In this document: piece by piece, positions 10,546 to 18,992 of the stretch
Position numbering within the stretch: the stretch's first letter is position 1
Layout of the letters: each line of letters opens with the position of its first letter
Origin: Candidatus Aminicenantes bacterium
GTDB taxonomy: Bacteria > Acidobacteriota > Aminicenantia > UBA2199
Assembly: GCA_022865785.1 (NCBI GenBank)
Contig: JALHTJ010000206.1
Location: forward strand, 1-44,789
Reading direction: 5' to 3'
DNA: 44,789 nucleotides
Position numbers and translations under genes: made by a program
Notes under the pieces: generated by a model
Seen by the model: the letters and a program-made list of their open reading frames with translations, nothing else
What the model was told of the DNA's origin: nothing
Databases searched by the model: none

Positions 10546-13502
10546 TAGGCCTGCAGGAAGACCTGGTCGAGCGGACCTGCCGGGAGGTGCTGCAATACCG
10601 TGACAGCAGCGACCTATCATCCGTCGCCGTAGTTTTCCCCAACAAGCGCTTCGGGTTCTTCCTGCGTCAGGAATTGTCCGCCAGGATGCAGGGCAACTTC
10701 TTTCCCCCGGCCATGTACCCGGTCGAAGCATTTTTTGAGTCTCTTTTCCAACTCAATTTCCCCGGCTTCAAGGTCCTGAACGACCTGGAAGCGTCCCACG
10801 CACTCTATGAAAGCGCGCGCTCCGTATTCCCGGGCGGGATGTACGGTAAGCGAATGATCGGCGATTTCCCCTCCTTCCAGCCCTGGGCACGGGAGGTCCT
10901 GGCTGCCCTGGAGGAGATCCTGACCGAGGGCGGCAGGACCGAAGGCATCGATTGGGAGAGTTACGGGGAATTCGCAAAGCTCGGGGAATATCACCAACCT
11001 TATAAGGAATTCATCCAGAAGATCCCCGAATTGCTGGACCGCCTGCGGCAGGATTTGCGCCGCCAGCAACAGACTACCAAGGGCATGGAATACCACGATG
11101 TGGCAAGCCTGGCTGAAATGAGGGAACTAAGAACGCCGCCGGTACAGCACTGGATCTTCAGCGGTTTCAATGCCATGAACGCCTGCGAAAAAAAACTAGT
11201 CCGCTTTTTCTTGCAGGAACACGGGGCACGGCTTATCCTGCGCACCGACCCGAAAGCGCTGGCCAACCCCAATTCCCCATTTTCTCTCCAGGACAAGACC
11301 ATCCGCGATCTTGGCCTGGAACAGCTGCCCCGCGACTTCCCCTCCCGGGAATGGAACGACCTGGCCGGCAGGGTGTCCATCCACCCCTGCGACGGCGTGG
11401 AGAGCGAGGCCTTCCATGCTTTCCGTATATTAGAGAAGATCTGTCGCGGCCGCGACGAAACTGGCTTGCGAAAAGTCGCCGTCCTCCTTCCTTCGGCGCC
11501 CACCCTTATCCCTTTTATTCAGGGAGCGGTTTCGCGTTTCGACCAGGAAAAAGACCCCCTACCCTTCAACATCACCCTCGGTTACCCGCTGGAACGGACG
11601 CCCATCATGCAGCTGATCGACTCCTTGCTGGACATTTTGGAAAACAGCCGCGACGGCGCAATCGAAACCGGCGATTATCTCCAGCTGATCCGCCACCCCT
11701 ATGTGAAGATCTCCGGGGAAAAAAGTGGTCTTGAACCGCTGAAAAGGGGTATCCACATCCTGGAAGACATTATCAACGGCCAGAACTTAACCCGCTTTAC
11801 CGTGCACGACCTGGAAGAGAAACTCGCCGCCGTGATTGGGAAATCCATGGATGACGGGGAGTTGGCAGCAGCTATCAAGACCCATATCGCTGCGCTGCAC
11901 AAGCAGTTCATCCCACCGTGGATCAAGGATATCTCACCCCAACTCGCCTTCCTGCGCCGGGCCCTGGAGAGCGTAAGCAGTGAAGGCAACCGCAAGACCC
12001 ACCTTTTTCTGAACGAATATGCCGCCGCCGCGCTGCAGGCCCTCGCAGAACTTGAGGATTTCGTTGCGGTCCGAGAAGAAGCATTCGTTGCCGCCGACAC
12101 GGCCGGCATGGCCGCCCTGGTGCGCAGCCATTTCCGCGGCCGTACGATCGCCTTCGAAGGGACGCCGCTCAAAGGGGTCCAGGTGATGGGGCCCCTCGAA
12201 TTCCGCGGCTTATCCTTTGACGAGGTCATCATCCTCGACGCCATGGAAGGAGTGCTGCCGGGAACCAAGAAATACGATCCCATTCTTCCAGCCGACATCC
12301 GGTCAGTTTTTAAGATTCGTGACCACGGCGACTGGGAAAACATATATGCCTTCAACTTCTTCTCCCTGCTGGGGGCCGCCAACCATATCCACATCCTCTA
12401 CCCGCGAAAAGACGAGGGAGGCAAGGAGTGCGAGCGCAGCCGCTTCATCGAGCGGATCGCCTACGAGGTCGAAAAACGGAGCGGTAGCGTTCCTGAAAAG
12501 ACGCCCCAGCTCCTGCCCTTTTCCATACCGGCCAGCGCACTCAAGAAGGTGCTCAAAGGCAAGGCCATCCGGGAGAAGCTGGAGTCATTGGTCCTCTCGC
12601 CTTCCTCACTGGAAACTTATGTGCGCTGCCCTCTGCAATTTTATTTCCGCAAGATCCTTTGCTTGAAGGAAAGGGAAGAGGTCGCCGTCGAGAGCGAAGT
12701 GAGCTTGATCGGTAAAATCGCCCACGAGGCACTGGGCTTTTTTTACAAAAAATATCCCGGCAGCGCCGCCTTATCTGCGGCCGCGCCCACGCTCCTGGAT
12801 GGCGATCTGGAAAAATTTCTGCTCGCAGCCTTTCGCAAATTCAATTTCGATCCCAAGCAGGGACTGGAAAGGATCCGCGCCTGGACCCTGGGAGAACAAC
12901 TGCGCCAATTCATTCACGAAGACCGGGACCGGATTGCCGCAGCGGGAATCCGGGTGGAAGCTCATGAAAAAGAGTTGCAGGGGGAGATTCTGGTCTCCGG
13001 GCGGCAGGCCCCGGCCCGCTTCATCGGCCGGATCGACCGCCGCGAGGTCCAAGGGGAGATAACGCGCATCATCGACTACAAGACGGGTAGCGTCAAGCTT
13101 TCTCCGGACAATATGCAGAATGTCCCTTTTTCCGGAGAAGGCCTGATCAGCGGCAATGAGGACGAATACCTGCAGGCGCTGGCAGCTTTCCGAAAAAAGT
13201 ACCAGGGTATGCAAATACTGGTCTATCTGCTGCTCCTGGCCTCTGACGAAGGTAAAACGTGGGATAAGCTCGATGGCGCCTATGTCCTGCTGCGCAACAG
13301 GAAAGATTTCTTCCGGCCCCTGTTCACCAGGAACAAAGAAGCGATGAACACAGAAGAAAAAGCGGCCGTCATGGAAACGTTCCGCGTCGACTTGGGAAGG
13401 GTCCTAAACGATCTGTACTTCCGGGACTTTTTTATTCCCAACAGCAGCGACGAAACAGTCTGCAGCTACTGCCCTTTTCGCCTCCCCTGCGGCAACCTGT
13501 AA
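10533..13502 (+). CDS. addB: AddB-type PD-(D/E)XK nuclease subunit with putative Fe-S cluster
   Basis: I take the start at ATG 10533 (GGAGG 4 nt upstream), not 10482. No Walker A at the N-terminus. The nuclease motif IIDYKTGS is bracketed by Cys residues (YVRCPLQFYF ... CSYCPFRLPC), as in the AddB iron-sulfur staple. Overlaps addA by 13 nt. Confidence 0.75.
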   Translation: MLELIGLQEDLVERTCREVLQYRDSSDLSSVAVVFPNKRFGFFLRQELSARMQGNFFPPAMYPVEAFFESLFQLNFPGFKVLNDLEASHALYESARSVFPGGMYGKRMIGDFPSFQPWAREVLAALEEILTEGGRTEGIDWESYGEFAKLGEYHQPYKEFIQKIPELLDRLRQDLRRQQQTTKGMEYHDVASLAEMRELRTPPVQHWIFSGFNAMNACEKKLVRFFLQEHGARLILRTDPKALANPNSPFSLQDKTIRDLGLEQLPRDFPSREWNDLAGRVSIHPCDGVESEAFHAFRILEKICRGRDETGLRKVAVLLPSAPTLIPFIQGAVSRFDQEKDPLPFNITLGYPLERTPIMQLIDSLLDILENSRDGAIETGDYLQLIRHPYVKISGEKSGLEPLKRGIHILEDIINGQNLTRFTVHDLEEKLAAVIGKSMDDGELAAAIKTHIAALHKQFIPPWIKDISPQLAFLRRALESVSSEGNRKTHLFLNEYAAAALQALAELEDFVAVREEAFVAADTAGMAALVRSHFRGRTIAFEGTPLKGVQVMGPLEFRGLSFDEVIILDAMEGVLPGTKKYDPILPADIRSVFKIRDHGDWENIYAFNFFSLLGAANHIHILYPRKDEGGKECERSRFIERIAYEVEKRSGSVPEKTPQLLPFSIPASALKKVLKGKAIREKLESLVLSPSSLETYVRCPLQFYFRKILCLKEREEVAVESEVSLIGKIAHEALGFFYKKYPGSAALSAAAPTLLDGDLEKFLLAAFRKFNFDPKQGLERIRAWTLGEQLRQFIHEDRDRIAAAGIRVEAHEKELQGEILVSGRQAPARFIGRIDRREVQGEITRIIDYKTGSVKLSPDNMQNVPFSGEGLISGNEDEYLQALAAFRKKYQGMQILVYLLLLASDEGKTWDKLDGAYVLLRNRKDFFRPLFTRNKEAMNTEEKAAVMETFRVDLGRVLNDLYFRDFFIPNSSDETVCSYCPFRLPCGNL

Positions 13503-13508
13503 AACAAC

Positions 13509-13688
13509 ATGATCCGCAATATTCTTTCCATGTACCGTGAGGCCTATGCCGGGTTGCCGCGCAACGCCTGGTTGTTGTCGCTGGTCCATTTCGTCAACCG
13601 CAGCGGCTCCATGGTCCTGTTCTTCCTCAGCCTGTACCTGACCCGCAAATTGGGCTTCACGATGGCCCAGGCCGGCCCGGACCGCTAA
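13509..13688 (+). pseudogene. Remnant of an MFS transporter gene (N-terminal ~55 codons only)
   Basis: 59-codon ORF, below the ORF-track cut-off: MIRNILSMYREAYAGLPRNAWLLSLVHFVNRSGSMVLFFLSLYLTRKLGFTMAQAGPDR*. It resembles the cytoplasmic N-terminus plus first TM helix of MFS permeases and ends after roughly 1.5 helices. No continuation exists in any frame. Confidence 0.5.
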
Positions 13689-13725
13689 AATTCAAAATGA
13701 GTGCCGTATCCGGGCGGAAGGGAGC

Positions 13726-13745
13726 GGGCGCCGCGTCCGGCGCCC
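13726..13745. terminator. GC-rich hairpin between convergent genes, a possible weak bidirectional terminator
   Basis: GGGCGCCG-cgtc-CGGCGCCC is a perfect 8-bp stem with a 4-nt loop. The + side is followed by a T-rich stretch (gtcacttgtctctatttt). There is no clean U-tract on the - side. Confidence 0.3.
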
Positions 13746-13756
13746 GTCACTTGTCT

Positions 13757-14695
13757 CTATTTTAGGAGGATCTCTTCGAAGAAATCCAGGGCGCTTGGAT
13801 CCCCGGACTGGCCGAGCCAGAAGATCGCTTCCTTGCGCAAACGGGGGTGGGGATTTTTACGGGCGATTTGCATCAGCATTGGCGTGCCCTTGTCTTCAGG
13901 CAGCTGGCTGAGGGCGAAAACAGCGTGCTTTTTGATATCCAGTGCTTCGGGAGAGGCGATCACTTCGCCCAGGGCCTTGATCGCGGCAGCCGAAGCTTTC
14001 TGGCCCAGCCAGAAAATGGCGTCCTTACGCACAGCCGGGTCCGGGTCGCGACGGGCCAGGCCGATCAATTCGGAGACCGCGTCCGAACCATGGAAAAGGT
14101 ATAGGGCAAACACCAGGTCCTTGCGCAAATTACGATCGGGTTCCTGACTGAGCAGGCCGCGGATGAATTCCAGCCCCTGGACTTCATCGGCCGTTCCCAG
14201 CCAGGCCAAACGCTCGCCGCCCAGGTCGTATTCCCGGTCCGGAGCGAGGAGCTTCATGTCGATGACCCGGCAGCGGCCTTTTTCAACCCGGTTGAGGAAA
14301 ATCAACACTCCCCAGTTTAGGCCGTCCTTTTTTTTGCCTTGGCCATCAGAAATAGTCAGACTGTGATCGCGATCAGAATTCACGACGATCCGGCCATTCC
14401 GACTTTTGATCGACATGAGGCCAGTTTCGCTGACGCCATGATGCCGCTGGCAGGAATAAACAGGCTCGAACGCGGGAAAAGCCCAGGCCGTGAAAAAAAC
14501 AACCCCTTCGCTTGCCGTCGCCGATTGGCGGCAGGCTTCAGCGGAGCGAGCTTTTAGAGAAAGACCGCCCGTTTCCACGGACCTGACCTGACCATTGAAC
14601 ATCTTTGCAGTCGGACTTTCCGCAGCCGGAATCAACAAGGCCGCCAACAGCCATACAGCCAATATAATCAGCGCTTGGCGCTTCATGAGATGCAC
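13757..14695 (-). CDS. Secreted HEAT-repeat protein (unknown N-terminal domain + 4 HEAT-like units)
   Basis: 312 aa with a signal-like N-terminus KRQALIILAVWLLAALLIPAAE. The C-terminal half has HEAT/PBS-lyase-like units with AIFWLGQ (twice) alternating with AVFALSQ. Confidence 0.8.
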   Translation of the reverse strand: MHLMKRQALIILAVWLLAALLIPAAESPTAKMFNGQVRSVETGGLSLKARSAEACRQSATASEGVVFFTAWAFPAFEPVYSCQRHHGVSETGLMSIKSRNGRIVVNSDRDHSLTISDGQGKKKDGLNWGVLIFLNRVEKGRCRVIDMKLLAPDREYDLGGERLAWLGTADEVQGLEFIRGLLSQEPDRNLRKDLVFALYLFHGSDAVSELIGLARRDPDPAVRKDAIFWLGQKASAAAIKALGEVIASPEALDIKKHAVFALSQLPEDKGTPMLMQIARKNPHPRLRKEAIFWLGQSGDPSALDFFEEILLK

Positions 14696-14699
14696 TCGC

Positions 14700-16022
14700 T
14701 TATTCCTGGTTGATCAGCTGCTGCAGGAATTTGGCCGCTTCGTCAGTGCCGGACTGGCCGATCCAGAAAATCGCTTTTTTCTTCAGCTCGGGATTCTTTT
14801 CAGCGCGGGCAATGGCCAACAGGTGTTTCAGCGCCGCTTCGCTGTCATTTTGGCTCAGGCTGAAAAGGATCTTTTCCTTGACGGTAAAATTCGCATTGCC
14901 GTCGTACAGTGCCTTGAGCATGTCGGCGTTGGCCGCGCCCCCTTTCTGGCCGATCCAGAACACCGCTTCGCCTTTCAAACGATCCACGGAATTTCCGGTG
15001 GCGATCTCCTTGAGAAAGGCCATACCCTGATCACCATCCAGCTGTCCCAGGGAAAAAATGATCTTCCTTTTCAATTCGGCGTCGGTATTGGCTTTGTACA
15101 TCTCCATCAGGGCCTGGGGAGCCTGCTTGTTATCAGATTGCCCGATCCAGAACACCGCTTTTTCCCGCAGTTCCAGGTCGGGGTCGCTCTTGGCGATATC
15201 CAGCAGCTTGCGGAAACTCAGTTCGCTTTCGTTCTGTGAAAACGCGAACAGGATCTTCTCCCTGAGCTTGCGATCCAGGCTATCGGAATAGAGCTCGAGC
15301 AGGATGCCCAGCCCCGCGCCATTCTGCCCCAGCCAGAACACGGCCTGCTCACGCACATAGGGGTCTTGGTCCCGGCGGGCGATCTCGCCGAGCAGGGGCG
15401 GCACCGAAGGGTCGTCGTGCTGGCTCAAAACAAAAACCGCCTTGGCACGGATGTTCTTGTCCTTGTTCTCCTTGACGATCTTTTTCAGAATGGGCAAGGC
15501 TTTATCCTTGTTCATTTGCATCAGGGCATCCAGGGCCACCAGCTTGACATTTATATCGGAGCCGTTTTCGGCCTCGGCGCCATGGGTAATGTACTTTTTG
15601 TACTGGACTTTGCCCGCCTTGACCAGGTTATCGGCCACTTCGATGCGCAGCATACGGGCATCGCTGGCCCAATTGCTGTCTTTGAAGCGCTTCAACAGCA
15701 TCTCGAGCTTGATCATGGCCTGTTCACGCATGGCGGTCTGCTTGTCAGCACTGCCGATTTCTTTGGCCGCCTGGTTCAGGCTGTAGGCCAGCCAATAATA
15801 AGGTTCGGCTTCCCACTGGCTCTGAGGGAAAAGGGTGCTGAAATTCTTCCATTGTTCGACCGCGGCATTCCAGTCCTTTTTGTGAATAGCGTCTTTGCCC
15901 GCTTGGAACAATTTATCGGCCTTCTCACCGGCAGCCTGCCCCGTCGTCTGGGCCGTTAGCGAACCGATAGCCATAGTCAGAACTACCAGGACCAAAAAAA
16001 ACAGCTTTTTTAAATTTTTCAT
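14700..16022 (-). CDS. Secreted TPR(BamD/YbgF-like) + HEAT-repeat protein
   Basis: 440 aa with signal peptide MKNLKKLFFLVLVVLTMAIGSLTAQ. A TPR-like segment follows (ADKLFQAGKDAIHKKDWNAAVEQWKNFSTLFPQSQWEAEPYYWLAYS). Then come 8 HEAT-like units with AVFWLGQ/AVFWIGQ/AIFWIGQ alternating with xLFSLSQ-type units. Confidence 0.8.
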   Translation of the reverse strand: MKNLKKLFFLVLVVLTMAIGSLTAQTTGQAAGEKADKLFQAGKDAIHKKDWNAAVEQWKNFSTLFPQSQWEAEPYYWLAYSLNQAAKEIGSADKQTAMREQAMIKLEMLLKRFKDSNWASDARMLRIEVADNLVKAGKVQYKKYITHGAEAENGSDINVKLVALDALMQMNKDKALPILKKIVKENKDKNIRAKAVFVLSQHDDPSVPPLLGEIARRDQDPYVREQAVFWLGQNGAGLGILLELYSDSLDRKLREKILFAFSQNESELSFRKLLDIAKSDPDLELREKAVFWIGQSDNKQAPQALMEMYKANTDAELKRKIIFSLGQLDGDQGMAFLKEIATGNSVDRLKGEAVFWIGQKGGAANADMLKALYDGNANFTVKEKILFSLSQNDSEAALKHLLAIARAEKNPELKKKAIFWIGQSGTDEAAKFLQQLINQE

Positions 16023-16753
16023 ATTGTGCCTCCTTGGATTTGCACGGTTTTGCGATCTGCAAACTTAAAAACCTTCATTTTCATGGGAATGCCTTTTTCC
16101 TGTATCAAAGTACCGACCAGCCGGGTATGCTCGGAATCGGCACGGTCAAGGTGAGCGATCTCGAGCAAGACCAGCTCGATGTCATCCAACAAGCGGAGCA
16201 GCGATGAATCCCTGTTCCTGTCGGCGCGCAGACGTAAAAGACGCAAGTTGCCCAGCAGCAGCCTTATCCGCGCCTGGCCGGTCGTGTTGCTGCCGTCCTG
16301 GCCCGGGGCATTGCTGAATTCAGACAGGACAGGCTGCAGCGCGGCGAAATAATCCCGGGTCGAATACATGAATGGCACATCAAGCGGGGCGGTCGTTTCC
16401 GTCCTGGCGGGAAAAAAGTTCAAACGGGCGAACACAACACCCAAAATAAAAAAGGCCAGGAAACCCGCCGTTATCAATAGCCAGCGCGGTGAGCGCATCC
16501 AAAAAAACTGCCGGCGCGTTACCGGACTGAGCGCGGCGGCGATCTGGCGCCACGATTTGTCGAAATCAACGCCAGGTATGGGTGAGGCACCCTTTTGCAT
16601 CAGGCTGCCGATTTTAATTATTTCTTCAAAGCGGGCGCTGCAGGCGGGACAGGCACGCAGATGCCTGTCAAATCCCGCTTTTTCCGGTTCGGCCAATTGG
16701 CCATCCTGATAAACGAACATAAGATCTTTGAATTTTTTGCATTTCATTTTCAT
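16019..16753 (-). CDS. zf-HC2 anti-sigma factor, single-pass membrane protein
   Basis: N-terminal CKKF...HLRACPACSARFEE is the H-x3-C-x2-C zinc motif. One TM helix (WLLITAGFLAFFILGVVFA). ATGA overlaps with the sigma gene upstream and the HEAT gene downstream. Confidence 0.85.
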   Translation of the reverse strand: MKMKCKKFKDLMFVYQDGQLAEPEKAGFDRHLRACPACSARFEEIIKIGSLMQKGASPIPGVDFDKSWRQIAAALSPVTRRQFFWMRSPRWLLITAGFLAFFILGVVFARLNFFPARTETTAPLDVPFMYSTRDYFAALQPVLSEFSNAPGQDGSNTTGQARIRLLLGNLRLLRLRADRNRDSSLLRLLDDIELVLLEIAHLDRADSEHTRLVGTLIQEKGIPMKMKVFKFADRKTVQIQGGTI

Positions 16754-17325
16754 CCCCCCATAGATGCGGACAATTCTTTTTTCAACTGTCCCAAAGCCCT
16801 GAAGAGCTGTTTTTTGACGCTGCCCTGGCTGCAGCCCAAGGCAACGGCGATCTCACCGATCTTCAGCTGCTGGTAATGGCGCAGCACCACCACCATGCGT
16901 TTGCGTTCTGTAAGCCGTTCCAAGCCCCGCCGCACCAGTCTGGCCGATTCATTGCGGACATATTCGCTTTCCGGCGTACCGGCCCCTTCATTACCAACGG
17001 CAGCCGCCAGTTTTGTGCTTAATTCAACCTTGCTTTCATGGCGGCGCCGGCGGCGAAAATGGTCCAGGGAGCAGTTAACGGCAATGCGGTACAACCAGGT
17101 GGCGAAATATGAATTTTCGTTCAATTGACATTTCTGCAGTGACTGAAAAGCCTTGATGAAAGTATCCTGCAAAATGTCCTCCGCGTCGGCGACATTGCCT
17201 GCATAGCGGTAGGCCAAAGAATAAATGCGGCTGCGATTGCGTTCATAAAGTTCATGCATGGCGCCGCGGTCGCCCGCTTTGGCCAAAACCACCCAATCAA
17301 CTTCATCGCTGTTCATTTGCAACAT
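16750..17325 (-). CDS. ECF-type RNA polymerase sigma-70 family factor
   Basis: 191 aa. Region 2 (DAEDILQDTFIKAF, WLYRIAVN) and region 4 (LTERKRMVVVLRHYQQLKIGEIAVALGCSQGSVKKQLFRA). Confidence 0.92.
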   Translation of the reverse strand: MLQMNSDEVDWVVLAKAGDRGAMHELYERNRSRIYSLAYRYAGNVADAEDILQDTFIKAFQSLQKCQLNENSYFATWLYRIAVNCSLDHFRRRRRHESKVELSTKLAAAVGNEGAGTPESEYVRNESARLVRRGLERLTERKRMVVVLRHYQQLKIGEIAVALGCSQGSVKKQLFRALGQLKKELSASMGG

Positions 17326-17412
17326 ACCCCTTTGACGGCTATTATACCGCTTTGGTTGACCGGGATAAAAAAAAATCTTTGGATTAAAAAAATGCGGGGA
17401 TCGAAAAAAATG

Positions 17413-17451
17413 AAAATAAAAAAAAGGGGATGGCCCTGAGGGACCATCCCC
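17413..17451 (-). terminator. Rho-independent terminator of the RRM-protein gene
   Basis: On the - strand: GGGGATGGTCCCTCAGGGCCATCCCC (8 bp + mismatch + 2 bp stem, 4-nt loop; 17451-17426) followed directly by TTTTTTTTATTTT (17425-17413). It lies 55 nt after the stop. Confidence 0.75.
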
Positions 17452-17505
17452 TTGATTTTCGGTTACCTGTTTAGTCTGTGATTAAAACAGCAGGTAAGCT
17501 TGAGC

Positions 17506-17796
17506 CTACCAGCGGTTGCCACCGAAGCGGTCGCGGTCGCGGCTGCCGCCTTCGGTTTTCGGCTTGGCTTCGTTCACTTTCATGGGCCGGCCCTTCAGTT
17601 CTTTGCCGTTCAGGGCTTTGATGCCCGCTTCTGCTTCTGCCTTTTCGGGCATTTCGACAAAACCAAAACCTCTCGGTTTATTGGTGAATTTGTCCTTGAT
17701 GATGGTCGCTGAAGCCACCTGGCCGAATTCCTCAAAAGCCTTGCGTAAATCTTCTTCCTGGATCTCCCAGGGTAAGTTACCGACGTAAATGTTCAT
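17506..17796 (-). CDS. RRM (RNP-1/RNP-2) RNA-binding protein with Arg/Gly-rich tail
   Basis: RNP-2 IYVGNL and RNP-1 RGFGFVEM. I take ATG at 17796 (MNIYVGNL, GGAGG 5 nt upstream) rather than the ORF-track start at 17832. 96 aa. Confidence 0.9.
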   Translation of the reverse strand: MNIYVGNLPWEIQEEDLRKAFEEFGQVASATIIKDKFTNKPRGFGFVEMPEKAEAEAGIKALNGKELKGRPMKVNEAKPKTEGGSRDRDRFGGNRW

Positions 17797-17985
17797 AAAA
17801 TCCTCCGATATGAGTTTGTTATTTGTGAACATTCAGCTTCAAATTTCATCCGGTTTTCCAAACCCTAAAAATATGGAAATCTCGACTTCAGCGATGACGT
17901 GAGGTTTTATCCATCTCTTGCGGGGATTTTCGGCAAACCAACAAAATTTCTAAAACTTGATACATTCACCAACTCTATCAGGCGT

Positions 17986-18014
17986 ATTATAAAACAAATA
18001 AAGCGCAAATGCAA
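17986..18014 (-). promoter_or_regulatory. Sigma-70-type promoter for the RRM-protein gene
   Basis: - strand TTGCAT (18014-18009), 17-nt spacer, TATAAT (17991-17986). This predicts a leader of roughly 180 nt before ATG 17796. Confidence 0.5.
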
Positions 18015-18049
18015 TAGAAAAAAAAGAAATTATTTTTTTTGGCCCTGAT

Positions 18050-18676
18050 TCAGGAAATTCGGTAAACCCGATGAAGCTGCAGCCCCAACCGGACATCGGC
18101 GATGCCCTGAAGCGAGCAGGCCCTGAAGAAGGCGAACGTGCGGCGAAAGCGGTCACGGTCATGGTGCTCGGGCTGGAGGATGATCGGCGCCGGGCTGCGC
18201 CCGCGGATTTTTTTCAATACCGTCATATCCAGGGCCGGGGTGACCAGCAGCTTGATCTCACTGATCCGCGCCCAAAGCCGCGGATGCACCCGGTAGGCGG
18301 CAGCATCCTTGGGCGAGACCGTCCACCAATCAAACGGCAGGTCCTGAAAATGAAGGCCGTTGGTTTCCACGGCCACAAAATAATGCTTGCGGCGCAAAAC
18401 CTTTGCCAGTTCTTTTAAATCCTGCTCCAGGGGTTCGCCACCGCTGATAACCAGGCGCGCCCCGGGATAGGCAACCTGCAAAAGGTCCACAGCGGCCTCG
18501 ATCTTGGCCGGAGACATATCCCTGCCTCCCAGCCAGGCGCCGCTGGTATCGCAATACGGGCAGCGCAGGGAACAGCCGGCCATGCGGATGAATATCGAGG
18601 AAACGCCGCTGTTCAGGCCCTCACCCTGGGCCGACCAGAAAATCTCATTGATCTTCGGCATAAGCGGCCCCGGCAT
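18050..18676 (-). CDS. queE: 7-carboxy-7-deazaguanine synthase QueE (radical SAM)
   Basis: INEIFWSAQGEG...MAGCSLRCPYCDT is the QueE signature. The start may be the internal ATG at 18661 (MPKINEIF). Overlaps the queD 3' end. Confidence 0.92.
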   Translation of the reverse strand: MPGPLMPKINEIFWSAQGEGLNSGVSSIFIRMAGCSLRCPYCDTSGAWLGGRDMSPAKIEAAVDLLQVAYPGARLVISGGEPLEQDLKELAKVLRRKHYFVAVETNGLHFQDLPFDWWTVSPKDAAAYRVHPRLWARISEIKLLVTPALDMTVLKKIRGRSPAPIILQPEHHDRDRFRRTFAFFRACSLQGIADVRLGLQLHRVYRIS

Positions 18677-18992
18677 CGTCAGATTCCCAAACCATTACCT
18701 TAATAACCGGGTATTTCAACTTGATCTGTTCGAAAAAATATCTGGCCAGGTTTTCGGCCGAAGGGGAAAAATCGTAGACCTCGTTAAGCACTTTATGATC
18801 CGGGACCAGGCCGCGCAGGTATTCCTTGATCTCGCCAAAATCAACGGAGATGCCGGAACGGTCAAGTTCACGAGTCCTAAAATGGACCTCCATTTCGAAG
18901 GTATGGCCATGCATTTTTTCGCACTTGCCTTGGTAGTGCTCCAGGAAATGGGCCGCGGAAAATTTCTGTCTGACCACCAGGTCCCAGCTCAT
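18645..18992 (-). CDS. queD: 6-carboxy-5,6,7,8-tetrahydropterin synthase QueD
   Basis: 115 aa. FSAAHFL...CEKMHGHTF is the PTPS/QueD zinc and catalytic motif. ATGA overlap with the queC stop. Confidence 0.93.
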   Translation of the reverse strand: MSWDLVVRQKFSAAHFLEHYQGKCEKMHGHTFEMEVHFRTRELDRSGISVDFGEIKEYLRGLVPDHKVLNEVYDFSPSAENLARYFFEQIKLKYPVIKVMVWESDDAGAAYAEDQ

